Assembly: GCA_947628775.1 (NCBI GenBank)
Contig: CANRBI010000003.1
Coordinates: 1 to 48,339 of the forward strand
DNA from: an uncultured Clostridia bacterium
GTDB lineage: Bacteria; Bacillota; Clostridia; TANB77; CAG-508
DNA length: 48,339 nucleotides
Reading direction: 5' to 3'
The position numbers and the translations under genes are program-made. The notes under the pieces were generated by a model. That model was not told the origin of the DNA. It did no database searches and saw only the letters and a list, made by a program, of their open reading frames with translations. Shown here piece after piece: positions 18,250 to 26,255 of the stretch (position 1 is the stretch's first letter; each line of letters begins with the position of its first letter).

Positions 18250-19167
18250 ATGAGTTTGATAAATAAAAGAAAACTTTTTAAAACAGCTGTTAAAAGATGG
18301 CTTTTATTCAAAAAATTTTCTATTAAATCTTCTACATATTATAGATATAAATATATCATTAATAAATATATTATTCAATATTTTGGAAATAAAAATATAT
18401 ATTTTTTTGTAAATTATGATTTTAATATTTATATAGAACGTTTATCAAAAACTCTTTCACCTAAGACTGTGACTGATATAATTATAGTTTTAAAATCAAT
18501 TTTAAAATATATTGAGCAGAAATATAATGTACATTATAACTTAGACTTAATTTGTACTCCAAAAAAGAAGATGTGTGAAGTTAAAGTATTGAAAAAAGAT
18601 GAAGTAGAAAGACTTGAACAGTTTTGTATAAAAAGTTTTAATCCAAAATATATAGGTATATTAATTTGTTTAAATACAGGATTACGTATAGGAGAAATTT
18701 GTGCTTTGACTTGGAAAGATATAGATTTAGAGGAAAAACTGATAACTGTTAATAAAACTGTTCAACGTGTATACAAAGGAAAAAATAATACAGAAGTACA
18801 AATAGATGAGCCTAAGACTTATCATTCTATTAGAAAAATCCCTATTTCTAATAAGCTTCTAAGAGTTTTAAAAAATTTAAAAAAAGCAAAAAATTTTAAT
18901 GATGATTTATATTTTTTAACTGGTACAAATAAATTTATAGAGCCACGCTGTTATTATTATATTTTTAAAAATTGTTTGCAGTTATGTAATATTCCTAATT
19001 ATAACTTTCATGTATTACGACATACTTTTGCGACAAATTGTATAAAAATTGGGATGGATGCAAAATCTTTAAGTGAAATTTTAGGACATTCTAATGTTAG
19101 CATAACATTAAATAGATATGTTCATTCTTCTTATTCTATTCAAAAAGAGTTTTTGGATAAGCTATAA
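18250..19167 (+). CDS. Tyrosine site-specific recombinase (phage-integrase/Xer-like family)
   Basis: About 305 aa. It has an N-terminal SAM-like core-binding region. The catalytic region carries 'GLRIGEICALTWKDID' (Arg I), 'HVLRHTFATN' (HxxR) and 'LGHSNVSITLNRYVH' (His/Tyr). The ATG at 18250 lies 11 nt after AGGAGG. The track start is a GTG at 18238. Confidence 0.85.
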   Translation: MSLINKRKLFKTAVKRWLLFKKFSIKSSTYYRYKYIINKYIIQYFGNKNIYFFVNYDFNIYIERLSKTLSPKTVTDIIIVLKSILKYIEQKYNVHYNLDLICTPKKKMCEVKVLKKDEVERLEQFCIKSFNPKYIGILICLNTGLRIGEICALTWKDIDLEEKLITVNKTVQRVYKGKNNTEVQIDEPKTYHSIRKIPISNKLLRVLKNLKKAKNFNDDLYFLTGTNKFIEPRCYYYIFKNCLQLCNIPNYNFHVLRHTFATNCIKIGMDAKSLSEILGHSNVSITLNRYVHSSYSIQKEFLDKL

Positions 19168-19178
19168 CAATATAAAAG

Positions 19179-19212
19179 CCAATAGAACTAATTTTGTTTT
19201 ATTGGTTTTTTT
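19179..19212 (+). terminator. Rho-independent terminator of the recombinase gene
   Basis: A 10-bp stem ccaatagaac/gttttattgg (one G-U pair) with a 7-nt loop is followed by T7. Confidence 0.7.
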
Positions 19213-19273
19213 ACGTTTTAGGTTGTTTTTAATATCACCTTAATTTCTTTAAATATCAGTATTTATGCTGTTT

Positions 19274-19294
19274 CGTAAAGTTCTATACTTTACG
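19274..19294. repeat. Right 21-bp inverted repeat (IR-R): cgtaaag-ttctata-ctttacg
   Basis: It is the inverted partner of 18092-18112 (20/21 identical). Together they bracket a 1161-bp segment holding the recombinase gene, its terminator and the outward promoter. Confidence 0.7.
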
Positions 19295-19326
19295 AAATTT
19301 TTGATTTTAAGGTTTAATTATTTCAT

Positions 19327-19356
19327 AAAAAAAAATATATACAATTTGTATATATT
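19327..19356 (-). terminator. Rho-independent terminator after the rho-HEPN-MNT unit
   Basis: A perfect 11-bp A/T palindrome (19334-19344/19346-19356) is followed on the minus strand by a U-run (A9 on the plus strand, 19327-19335). Confidence 0.55.
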
Positions 19357-19371
19357 CTTTCATATATATTT

Positions 19372-19692
19372 TTAAGCAACTTTTATACCTGTATTTATAA
19401 CTTCTTGAACAAATGGTGTACTAGCATTATTATAGTCTTCTGTCCTGATTGGGTGTGGCTCTATCCTTGTATCAATTTTCCATGTGAATCCAATTAAATC
19501 CGCACCATCTTGAATAATATTTTTAAAGTCACTTGATATTATTGCTATATCAATATCACTTTCCTCATTTTCTGTTCCTTTTGCATATGAACCAAATAAT
19601 ATAATAGCATCGATATTGTAATATTGTTTGATTATATTTATGTACTTTTCTATTGAATCCATTATTTCTGTGCTAATAATTTTTTTAGCCAT
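19372..19692 (-). CDS. Minimal nucleotidyltransferase (MNT / NTP_transf_2)
   Basis: 'ILFGSYAKGTENEESDIDIAII' is the GSx10-12(D/E)xD polymerase-beta-like NTase motif. An internal ATG at 19662 overlaps the HEPN stop (TAATG) and may be the real start. Confidence 0.8.
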   Translation of the reverse strand: MAKKIISTEIMDSIEKYINIIKQYYNIDAIILFGSYAKGTENEESDIDIAIISSDFKNIIQDGADLIGFTWKIDTRIEPHPIRTEDYNNASTPFVQEVINTGIKVA

Positions 19693-20063
19693 ATTCGTAC
19701 CTCCTCAATATTTTTAATTTGATTACTTGTATATTCTTCTGTACAAATCTTATAGAATTCATCTTTATAATCTTCATATCTAGTACTTATATTAAATTGT
19801 GTTATTATTTTTAATTTTTCTACCTGTTCATCTGTTAGTTCAAGATTACATTTTTGTGCTAGTGCTAATAAATTATGTGATTTTATTGTGTATGGATTGT
19901 CTTCATTATATTTTGCAAATAATCCTTTTAATAATTTTTCTATTGCTAAATGACCGATGAATAAAGACCATGTAAATTGCTTTACTTCAAAATTCTTTTT
20001 CATAGCTTCATAATCTCTGTCAGAACTATTTATCCAATAATCCATTAAATCTTTATAATCCAA
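19662..20063 (-). CDS. HEPN domain protein (NTase-associated HEPN)
   Basis: 133 aa. 'SDRDYEAMKKNFE...GHLAIEKLLKGLFAKY....KSHNLLALAQ...STRYEDY' fits the HEPN helical pattern. It has a TTG start 8 nt after an AGGAGG that directly follows the rho stop. Confidence 0.7.
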   Translation of the reverse strand: MDYKDLMDYWINSSDRDYEAMKKNFEVKQFTWSLFIGHLAIEKLLKGLFAKYNEDNPYTIKSHNLLALAQKCNLELTDEQVEKLKIITQFNISTRYEDYKDEFYKICTEEYTSNQIKNIEEVRIWLKKLLAQK

Positions 20064-20075
20064 TATTTTTTCCTC

Positions 20076-21431
20076 CTATTTATATAATTTCAAATACAAC
20101 TCCATATTGTTTATAAATTCTTCATTTGTTTTTGTTTCTGTCATTTTTTTGATTACTTGTTCGGTTACTTCGGTTACTGATAGGCTGCTCATGGCTTTAC
20201 GTAGGGCAAATACTGTTTCTTTTTCTTTTGGGGTTAGTAGTAGGTCTTCTCGTCTGGTTCCGGATTTGTTTATGTCGATTGCTGGGAATATTCGTTTTTC
20301 TGATAGTTTGCGGTCTAGGTGTACTTCCATGTTTCCTGTTCCTTTGAATTCTTCGAATATTACGTCGTCCATTCTGCTTCCTGTATCGATTAGGCCTGTT
20401 GCTAGTATTGTTAGACTACCTCCATACTCTATGTTACGGGCTGCTCCAAAGAATTTTTTTGGTTTGTGTAGTGCTGCTGGGTCTAGTCCTCCTGATAGTG
20501 TTCTTCCTGATGATGGTATTACTAGGTTGTAGGCTCTTGCTAGTCTTGTGATACTGTCTAGTAGTATTACTACATCTTTTCCGTGTTCTACTAGTCTTTT
20601 GGCTCTTTCTAGTACCATTTCTGCAACTTTTACGTGGTGTTCTGGTAGTTCGTCAAATGTTGAGTATATTACTTGTCCTTTTATTGATCTTTTCATATCT
20701 GTTACTTCTTCTGGTCTTTCGTCTATTAGTAGTACTAGTAATTCTACTTCTGGATTGTTTGTGGTTATGCTGTTTGCAAATTTTTTAAGTAAGGTTGTTT
20801 TTCCTACTTTTGGTGGAGCTACTATCATTCCCCTTTGCCCTTTTCCTATTGGGCTTATTAAATCTATTAGTCTCATTGCATATTCATTTGGTACTGTTTC
20901 TAGTTTTAGTTTTTCATCTGGATATATTGGTGTTAGTTCATCAAATCTTCTTCTTTTTGCTGCTTTTTCTGGGTGCTCTCCATTGACTTCTCCTACAAAT
21001 ATTAGTGATGGGAATTTTTCTCCTTCACGGTATCTTGATATTCCTTTTACTACATCTCCTGTATCAAGTTTGAATCTTTTTATTTGTACCATAGAAAGAT
21101 ATACGTCTTTTGGTGTTGATAGATAGTTTTCTCCTCTTAAGAATCCATATCCATCTGGTAGTATGTCTAGTATTCCTTCTACTATTTCATCTCCTTCGTT
21201 TGTTAGCTTATAGTCTACTATTGGTTCTCCATTTGCATCATATTGGGTTGGGTTTGCAGGTATCCTTTCTTCTTGTATAGTTGTGCCTTTTTCCTCTGTT
21301 CCTGTTTGTTTTGATATTTGACTTAGTATTTCGATTAATTCCTCTTTTTTTAGTTTAGAAACGTTTTTTATATTCTTTTCTTTTGCTAAAGTACGTAAAT
21401 CTACTAGAGACATTGCTTCTAGTTCTGGCAT
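20076..21431 (-). CDS. rho: Transcription termination factor Rho
   Basis: 451 aa with an N-terminal SAP-like '[26 protein letters not shown]'. It also has a cold-shock-like RNA-binding domain, the Walker A motif '[18 protein letters not shown]' and '[26 protein letters not shown]'. Confidence 0.97.
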   Translation of the reverse strand: MPELEAMSLVDLRTLAKEKNIKNVSKLKKEELIEILSQISKQTGTEEKGTTIQEERIPANPTQYDANGEPIVDYKLTNEGDEIVEGILDILPDGYGFLRGENYLSTPKDVYLSMVQIKRFKLDTGDVVKGISRYREGEKFPSLIFVGEVNGEHPEKAAKRRRFDELTPIYPDEKLKLETVPNEYAMRLIDLISPIGKGQRGMIVAPPKVGKTTLLKKFANSITTNNPEVELLVLLIDERPEEVTDMKRSIKGQVIYSTFDELPEHHVKVAEMVLERAKRLVEHGKDVVILLDSITRLARAYNLVIPSSGRTLSGGLDPAALHKPKKFFGAARNIEYGGSLTILATGLIDTGSRMDDVIFEEFKGTGNMEVHLDRKLSEKRIFPAIDINKSGTRREDLLLTPKEKETVFALRKAMSSLSVTEVTEQVIKKMTETKTNEEFINNMELYLKLYK

Positions 21432-21589
21432 AATATTCCTCCTTTATATTTTATTTTGGGCTTTTCGTTAATTACGAATTTAATTTTTTTGAATATAATT
21501 AATTATTAGAATTAATAAAATTGTTTTATGTATTATATTATAACATGGTTTTACAAAAAATGGAATAGTTTTTTGTAAAATATTTAAGA

Positions 21590-21613
21590 CTATTAACATT
21601 CTTGTGTTAATAG
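21590..21613 (-). terminator. Putative terminator after the yabP-yabQ-divIC unit
   Basis: A 9-bp stem ctattaaca/tgttaatag with a 6-nt loop. The minus-strand tail UCUUAAAUAUUUU is only moderately U-rich, and the plus-strand side has T7. Confidence 0.4.
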
Positions 21614-21682
21614 CCTTTGTTTTTTTGATTTTTTTATTTATACATCCTTTTTCTTGTGTTATCTATTTGTTATATTAAAAAT

Positions 21683-21958
21683 TTAATAACCTGCATCTAT
21701 GTATACTTTTTCGTTTGGTAGATACATGTCTAGCTTTTCTCGTGCTGTTTCTTCTATAAATTCTGTTGAGTTTATATCATCTTTCTTTTTTGATAGTTCT
21801 TGTTTGTATTCTTCTTGTTCTTGTATTTGTTCTGATAGTTCTTCACAATTTTTTGAGTATTGGTTTAGTGTCTTTTGTTGGGTTGCAAAAGTTACTGTTG
21901 CATATAATACTCCTATTAAAATAATTATTAGTTTAAATATTTTTTTACTTTTTGTCAT
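21683..21958 (-). CDS. divIC: Septum formation initiator family protein (FtsB/DivIC-like)
   Basis: 91 aa with one N-terminal TM, then a coiled coil and 'EETAREKLDM..PNEKVY'. It lies downstream of yabP-yabQ, as in Bacillus and Clostridium. Confidence 0.75.
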   Translation of the reverse strand: MTKSKKIFKLIIILIGVLYATVTFATQQKTLNQYSKNCEELSEQIQEQEEYKQELSKKKDDINSTEFIEETAREKLDMYLPNEKVYIDAGY

Positions 21959-22012
21959 AAGTAATTATCTCTCCAATTCATAATGGTTTTAATTTTTACT
22001 ATATATATTATT

Positions 22013-22519
22013 CTACATTTTTTTGTATATTCCTTCTTTATTTTTGATATTTTTATTGTTTTTTAATAAATTATTACTTTTTATAGTTATATTCGACATT
22101 GTTTTTCTTAGGTTTATTATTATAAATGAAATTGGTTTGAATGTTTTTTTGATTAGTTTTTTTATGTGTTTAAATGGTATGCTTATTATATTTGCTGTTT
22201 TTATTATAATGTTACTTATTTTTTTTATTAGTGTTACATTTGCTTTTATGATGTATTTACTTATACTTAACATGTATATTGTGCATCCTAGAAATATTCC
22301 AAAGAACATATATATTCGTATTTCTCCACTGTTGAATTTAAAAATAGAATATAGTGTTATACTTCCTGTTAGTATACAAAAAATTATGTCTTCTATATAG
22401 GTTATTAAGTCTTTTGTTTTGAAACTTTTTCGGAGTATTCGGAAAAAGTCAAATATGATTCCTATTATTATGCCTATTACTACAAATATCATGAATATAT
22501 ATGCTTGATTTGTTATCAT
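22013..22519 (-). CDS. yabQ: Spore cortex biosynthesis protein YabQ
   Basis: 168-aa membrane protein. 'FIIGIIIGIIFDFFRILRK' and 'EDIIFCILTG' fit the YabQ pattern, and synteny with yabP supports the call. Confidence 0.75.
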   Translation of the reverse strand: MITNQAYIFMIFVVIGIIIGIIFDFFRILRKSFKTKDLITYIEDIIFCILTGSITLYSIFKFNSGEIRIYMFFGIFLGCTIYMLSISKYIIKANVTLIKKISNIIIKTANIISIPFKHIKKLIKKTFKPISFIIINLRKTMSNITIKSNNLLKNNKNIKNKEGIYKKM

Positions 22520-22533
22520 TAAAGTCCTCCCTC

Positions 22534-22833
22534 TTATTTGAATATTTTGCTAAGTAGTCCACCTCCTTTGTTTGCTTCTAGATTTTTATCACTGTATGTT
22601 AGTGATGATATTGTTCCTTCTACTATTACTTCTGAGGTGTCTATGCTTAGTTTGTTTATGCGTAAGTTTTCTCCTTTTATTGTGAGAAGACCTAATTCTG
22701 TGTCTACTATTACTACTTGGTCATCAAAACTTAATACATCATTTACACCTGTTATTGTTAGTTTGCCTCTGTTTTCTAGTATGATGTTTTGGATTACTCC
22801 TGTACTTATCGGTTTTCTTTCATCTATTGTCAT
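22534..22833 (-). CDS. yabP: Sporulation protein YabP
   Basis: 'LENRGKLTITGVNDVLSFDDQVVIVDTELGLLTIKGENLRINKLSIDTSEVIVEGTISSLTY' fits the YabP family. The start was set at ATG 22833, 9 nt after GAGGA. The track start is 22842. Confidence 0.85.
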   Translation of the reverse strand: MTIDERKPISTGVIQNIILENRGKLTITGVNDVLSFDDQVVIVDTELGLLTIKGENLRINKLSIDTSEVIVEGTISSLTYSDKNLEANKGGGLLSKIFK

Positions 22834-22854
22834 TTTTTTCATTCCTCGTTTTTT

Positions 22855-22890
22855 ATATTTAGGTTTTTGTGTGGTTTTACCTATAAACCT
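22855..22890. repeat. Copy C of a recurrent ~40-nt upstream motif (atatttaggtttttg-N10-cctataaacct)
   Basis: It shares the 15-nt and 11-nt flanks with the copies at 44833 and 46225, and lies 8 nt upstream of the yabP RBS. Confidence 0.6.
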
Positions 22891-22998
22891 GTTGTTTGTT
22901 ATCTTCTAGGTTTTATCTATATTATATATATTCGAGGGTTGTCTGTTTTAGAACATCAAAAAAGGAAATAACATATATTATTTCCTTTTTGTATAATT

Positions 22999-23964
22999 TT
23001 ATTTTTCTGTTGCTACTGAATGAATTTCTTCTAGTATTTGATCTGGTATTACATTTTTAAAATTGATTGATATTTTACTTTCTGTTACATTGAATTCTAG
23101 TAATTCTTGTTTGTTTTGGTTTATAATGTCTAAAATTTTTTGTATTAGCTCTATGTTCCTAATTATACCTATTCCTACTATTGATATTCTGGAGATGTCT
23201 TTTTTTACTACACTTTTTATTGTGTTTTCTTCTATTGCATCTGATATTACTGTTCCTGCTTTGTCATTAAATGTTGATTTTGTTATTATTGGTATTTTGT
23301 ATTTTTCTGCTATTTCTACACATCTTCCATGTAATACTTTTGCTCCTTCACTTGATAGTTCTAACATTTCTTTGTATGAAAGTGAGTTTAGTTTTTTTGG
23401 GTCTTCTATTTTGTTTGGATCTGCTGTATATATTCCGTCTACATCTGAGTATATATAGCAGTTTGTTGCTTTGAGTGCTGCTGCTATTGCTACTGCTGTT
23501 GTGTCTGATCCTCCTCTGCCAAATGTTGTTATATCTAGATTTTTGTTATATCCTTGGAATCCTGCTATTATTACTATTTTGCGTTTTTTTAATTCGTCTG
23601 TAATTCTTTTTGTGTCAATGTTTTGAATTATGGCATTTTGATTTGTGTTATTTGTATATATTCCTGCTTGCCATCCTGTTAGTGAAATTGCATTATATCC
23701 TAGTTCTTTTAATAAGATGCTTAGTTTTGCAATTGTTATTTGTTCTCCTGTGCTTAATAACACATCAAGTTCTCTATTTTCTGGAGTTTTAGATAGTGTA
23801 TAGGCTTCTTCTAATAATTTGTCTGTTGTTTTTCCTTGTGCTGATACTATTACAACTATATTGTTTCCTTTGTCATATTGTTCAATTATTTTGTTGGCTA
23901 CTATGTTTAGTTTTTCGTTGTTGGCTACTGAACTTCCACCAAATTTTAATACAATTGTGTTCAT
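22999..23964 (-). CDS. Aspartate kinase (short form, apparently one ACT-like domain)
   Basis: 'VLKFGGSSV', 'GRGGSDTTAVAIAAAL' and 'IYSDVDGIYTADP' are amino-acid-kinase family motifs of aspartokinase. At 321 aa it is shorter than the usual length of about 400 aa. Confidence 0.75.
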   Translation of the reverse strand: MNTIVLKFGGSSVANNEKLNIVANKIIEQYDKGNNIVVIVSAQGKTTDKLLEEAYTLSKTPENRELDVLLSTGEQITIAKLSILLKELGYNAISLTGWQAGIYTNNTNQNAIIQNIDTKRITDELKKRKIVIIAGFQGYNKNLDITTFGRGGSDTTAVAIAAALKATNCYIYSDVDGIYTADPNKIEDPKKLNSLSYKEMLELSSEGAKVLHGRCVEIAEKYKIPIITKSTFNDKAGTVISDAIEENTIKSVVKKDISRISIVGIGIIRNIELIQKILDIINQNKQELLEFNVTESKISINFKNVIPDQILEEIHSVATEK

Positions 23965-24054
23965 TTTTGTTGCACCTCTTTTGATGTATTGTGAGATATA
24001 TTTATTTAAATATTCCTCCTTACATTATATGCAATTGTATTTAAAAATGATAAA

Positions 24055-25153
24055 TTACTGTTTTTTTAGATATGCTTCCATAAATTGTGTTATTTCTCCA
24101 TTCATTACACTTTCTACATTTCCTACTTCATAGTTTGTTCTATGGTCTTTTACCATGGTGTATGGGCAGAATACATATGAGCGTATTTGACTTCCCCATG
24201 CTATGTCTTTTTGTTCTCCTTTTAGGTCTTCTATTTTTTCTTTTTGTTCTTTTTCTTTTAGGTCTAATAGTTTTGATTTTAGCATTTTCATTGCTGTTTC
24301 TCTATTTTGTAATTGTGAACGTTCTGATTGACATGCTACTACTGTATTTGTTGGTATGTGTGTTATTCGTATTGCTGATGATGTTTTGTTTATATGTTGT
24401 CCTCCTGCTCCTGATGCTCTGTATGTGTCTATTCTTAAGTCGTCTGGGTTTATTTCTATTTCAATGTCATCTGATATTTCTGGTAATACTTCGACAGATG
24501 CAAATGATGTGTGTCTTCTTCCTCCACTGTCAAATGGTGATATACGTACTAGTCTATGTACTCCTTTTTCGCTTTTCATATATCCATAGGCATTTTCTCC
24601 TATTATTTCAAATGTAACACTTTTTAGACCTGCTTCTTCTCCTTCTAGAAAGTCTAGTTCTTTTGTTGAAAATGAGTTTTGATTTGCCCATCTGGTATAC
24701 ATGCGGTATAGCATTTCAGCCCAGTCTTGGGATTCTGTTCCTCCTGCTCCTGGGTGGATTGTTATTATTGCATTATTGTTGTCATATTTTCCTGCAAATA
24801 GTGTTTGTATTTCTAATTTTTCTAGTTCTTTTTGTAGGTTTTTTGTATTTTTTATTATGTCTTTTGCTAGTTGTTCATCTGGTTCTAGTGTTAATAATTC
24901 TGTCATTTCTAGTAGGTTTGTGTTTTCGTCTTTTAATTTTGTGTATGTATCATGTTTTGATTTTATTTTTTTGATTTGTGTAAGTACTTTACTTGAATTT
25001 TGTGTGTCATTCCAGAAATCATTTTTTGTTGTTTCCGCTTCTAGTTCTTTTAGTTTGTTTTTTAGTCCTTCTATGTCAAAGAGATTCACCCAATTCTTGT
25101 ATTTTTTGTTTTTGTGTTTGTAATTGTCTTGTGTTTTCTTCTAGTTCTAGCAT
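24055..25153 (-). CDS. prfB: Peptide chain release factor 2, requiring programmed +1 frameshift
   Basis: A short upstream frame 'MLELEENTRQLQTQKQKIQELGESL' ends at an in-frame UGA within CUU UGA C. The +1 frame then continues 'DIEGLKNKLKELE...' and carries SPF ('RISPFDSGGRRHTSFA') and GGQ ('ASGAGGQHINKT'). Confidence 0.95.
25075..25081 (-). promoter_or_regulatory. RF2 autoregulatory +1 frameshift site CUU UGA C
   Basis: The minus strand reads TCT CTT TGA C with an upstream GGGUGA Shine-Dalgarno-like element. The UGA is at 25076-25078. Confidence 0.9.
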
Positions 25154-25178
25154 TTTATCACTTCCCTTTATATAAATT

Positions 25179-25196
25179 GGGGAGCTTTGGCTCCCC
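25179..25196 (-). terminator. GC-rich hairpin between the 76-aa ORF and prfB (weak terminator candidate)
   Basis: A ggggagc/gctcccc 7-bp stem with a 4-nt loop. The U-tail on the minus strand is poor and the plus strand has a better T-tail. Confidence 0.35.
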
Positions 25197-25210
25197 TTTG
25201 TGTTGGCATT

Positions 25211-25441
25211 TTATTTTTGGTAGTAGTTAGCAATTTTCTCTATACTCTCTTTCTTTCCCATAAAGTGTATAGCTATCTTACCAAAGTCATCTTCATATAT
25301 TGTTATTACTACCTTGTTTTTGTAGGCTAATGCCACAGCCTTTTGGATTGTTTGTAAATCCTTTTCTTCATTTTCCTTATGGAATACTAATGAAGCAGAA
25401 TTTTCACGCTCCTTTTGAAAAGAATATTTATTCCGTTCCAT
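25211..25441 (-). CDS. Hypothetical small protein (76 aa)
   Basis: An ORF on the dominant coding strand with normal amino-acid composition. I recognise no family. Confidence 0.4.
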   Translation of the reverse strand: MERNKYSFQKERENSASLVFHKENEEKDLQTIQKAVALAYKNKVVITIYEDDFGKIAIHFMGKKESIEKIANYYQK

Positions 25442-25587
25442 GTAGAGCCCTCCTTGTATTTTTATGTATCATATTTTATCATATATTACTATATTTTTCA
25501 AGTAGTGGAAATTTATATTAGATTTTCGTATGTGTCAAGTAAATGTAGGTAATTTTTATTTTGCCTACATTAATTTTATACTAACAT

Positions 25588-26079
25588 TTACCTTTCATAT
25601 TCATAATAATACAAAATATTATTGTCTATATCAAATACTCCAAATGAAACTGAATAATATAAATCACTTATTACTTCATCAATACTATGCTTATCTTTTG
25701 CTCCATTGCTCCTATTTGTAAATATCCAATATTTATTTTTTATATAAGGAATTTTATTATAAATTTCTTCCCTTGTATAAAATTTAAGTTGTTCCTCAAT
25801 TTTTTCGTCTATTTCCCCTTTTATCCAATTATTATTACTTTCTATTTTTTTTAAGACTTTTTCTCCTTGTTTTTTTGATAAGTACATTCTTTCCAATTTT
25901 TCTTCATCAAAAAAATCTTTTTGTGATAACTTTATTACTTCTTTTTTACATAATATTGGTATTAAAAATTCAAGTCCTTTATATGTTGTATCAATTTCAA
26001 CATATAAACTCCATCCTATTATTAACATTATAAAAATAGAAAATATTATAACCGAAGAAATTAGTATCTTCTTTTTCAT
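25588..26079 (-). CDS. Hypothetical N-terminally membrane-anchored protein (163 aa)
   Basis: It has the signal/anchor 'MKKKILISSVIIFSIFIMLIIGW'. I recognise no family. Confidence 0.45.
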   Translation of the reverse strand: MKKKILISSVIIFSIFIMLIIGWSLYVEIDTTYKGLEFLIPILCKKEVIKLSQKDFFDEEKLERMYLSKKQGEKVLKKIESNNNWIKGEIDEKIEEQLKFYTREEIYNKIPYIKNKYWIFTNRSNGAKDKHSIDEVISDLYYSVSFGVFDIDNNILYYYEYER

Positions 26080-26255
26080 ATTAAATCATCTCAAATCCTT
26101 CTATATTAAATTGAATATCAATTTTCTTCTTTTTTGAACTTGTCGGAAATTCTGACAAGTTGAATTTTATCAAGTTCCTTTTTTTTATAAATAATATTTA
26201 TATTTTCTATAATATTGGTGAAACTATTGGTGAAGTTATTGTTTTATTATCAGCA

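Noticed and set aside
16835-19294. An active IS200/IS605 or IS607 insertion sequence, or an integrated prophage/ICE bounded by att sites.
   Set aside because: No Y1 HUH or serine transposase gene is present. The adjacent recombinase is a tyrosine (integrase-type) enzyme. The 21-bp repeats are inverted rather than direct, so they cannot be attL/attR of a simple integration. The TnpB-like protein appears catalytically dead. An IS relic origin for the hairpins remains possible.
26138-26166. A hairpin (aacttgtc/gacaagtt) downstream of the histidine phosphatase gene, considered as a terminator.
   Set aside because: The T-run precedes rather than follows the stem on the transcribed (minus) strand, so it is not a convincing intrinsic terminator.
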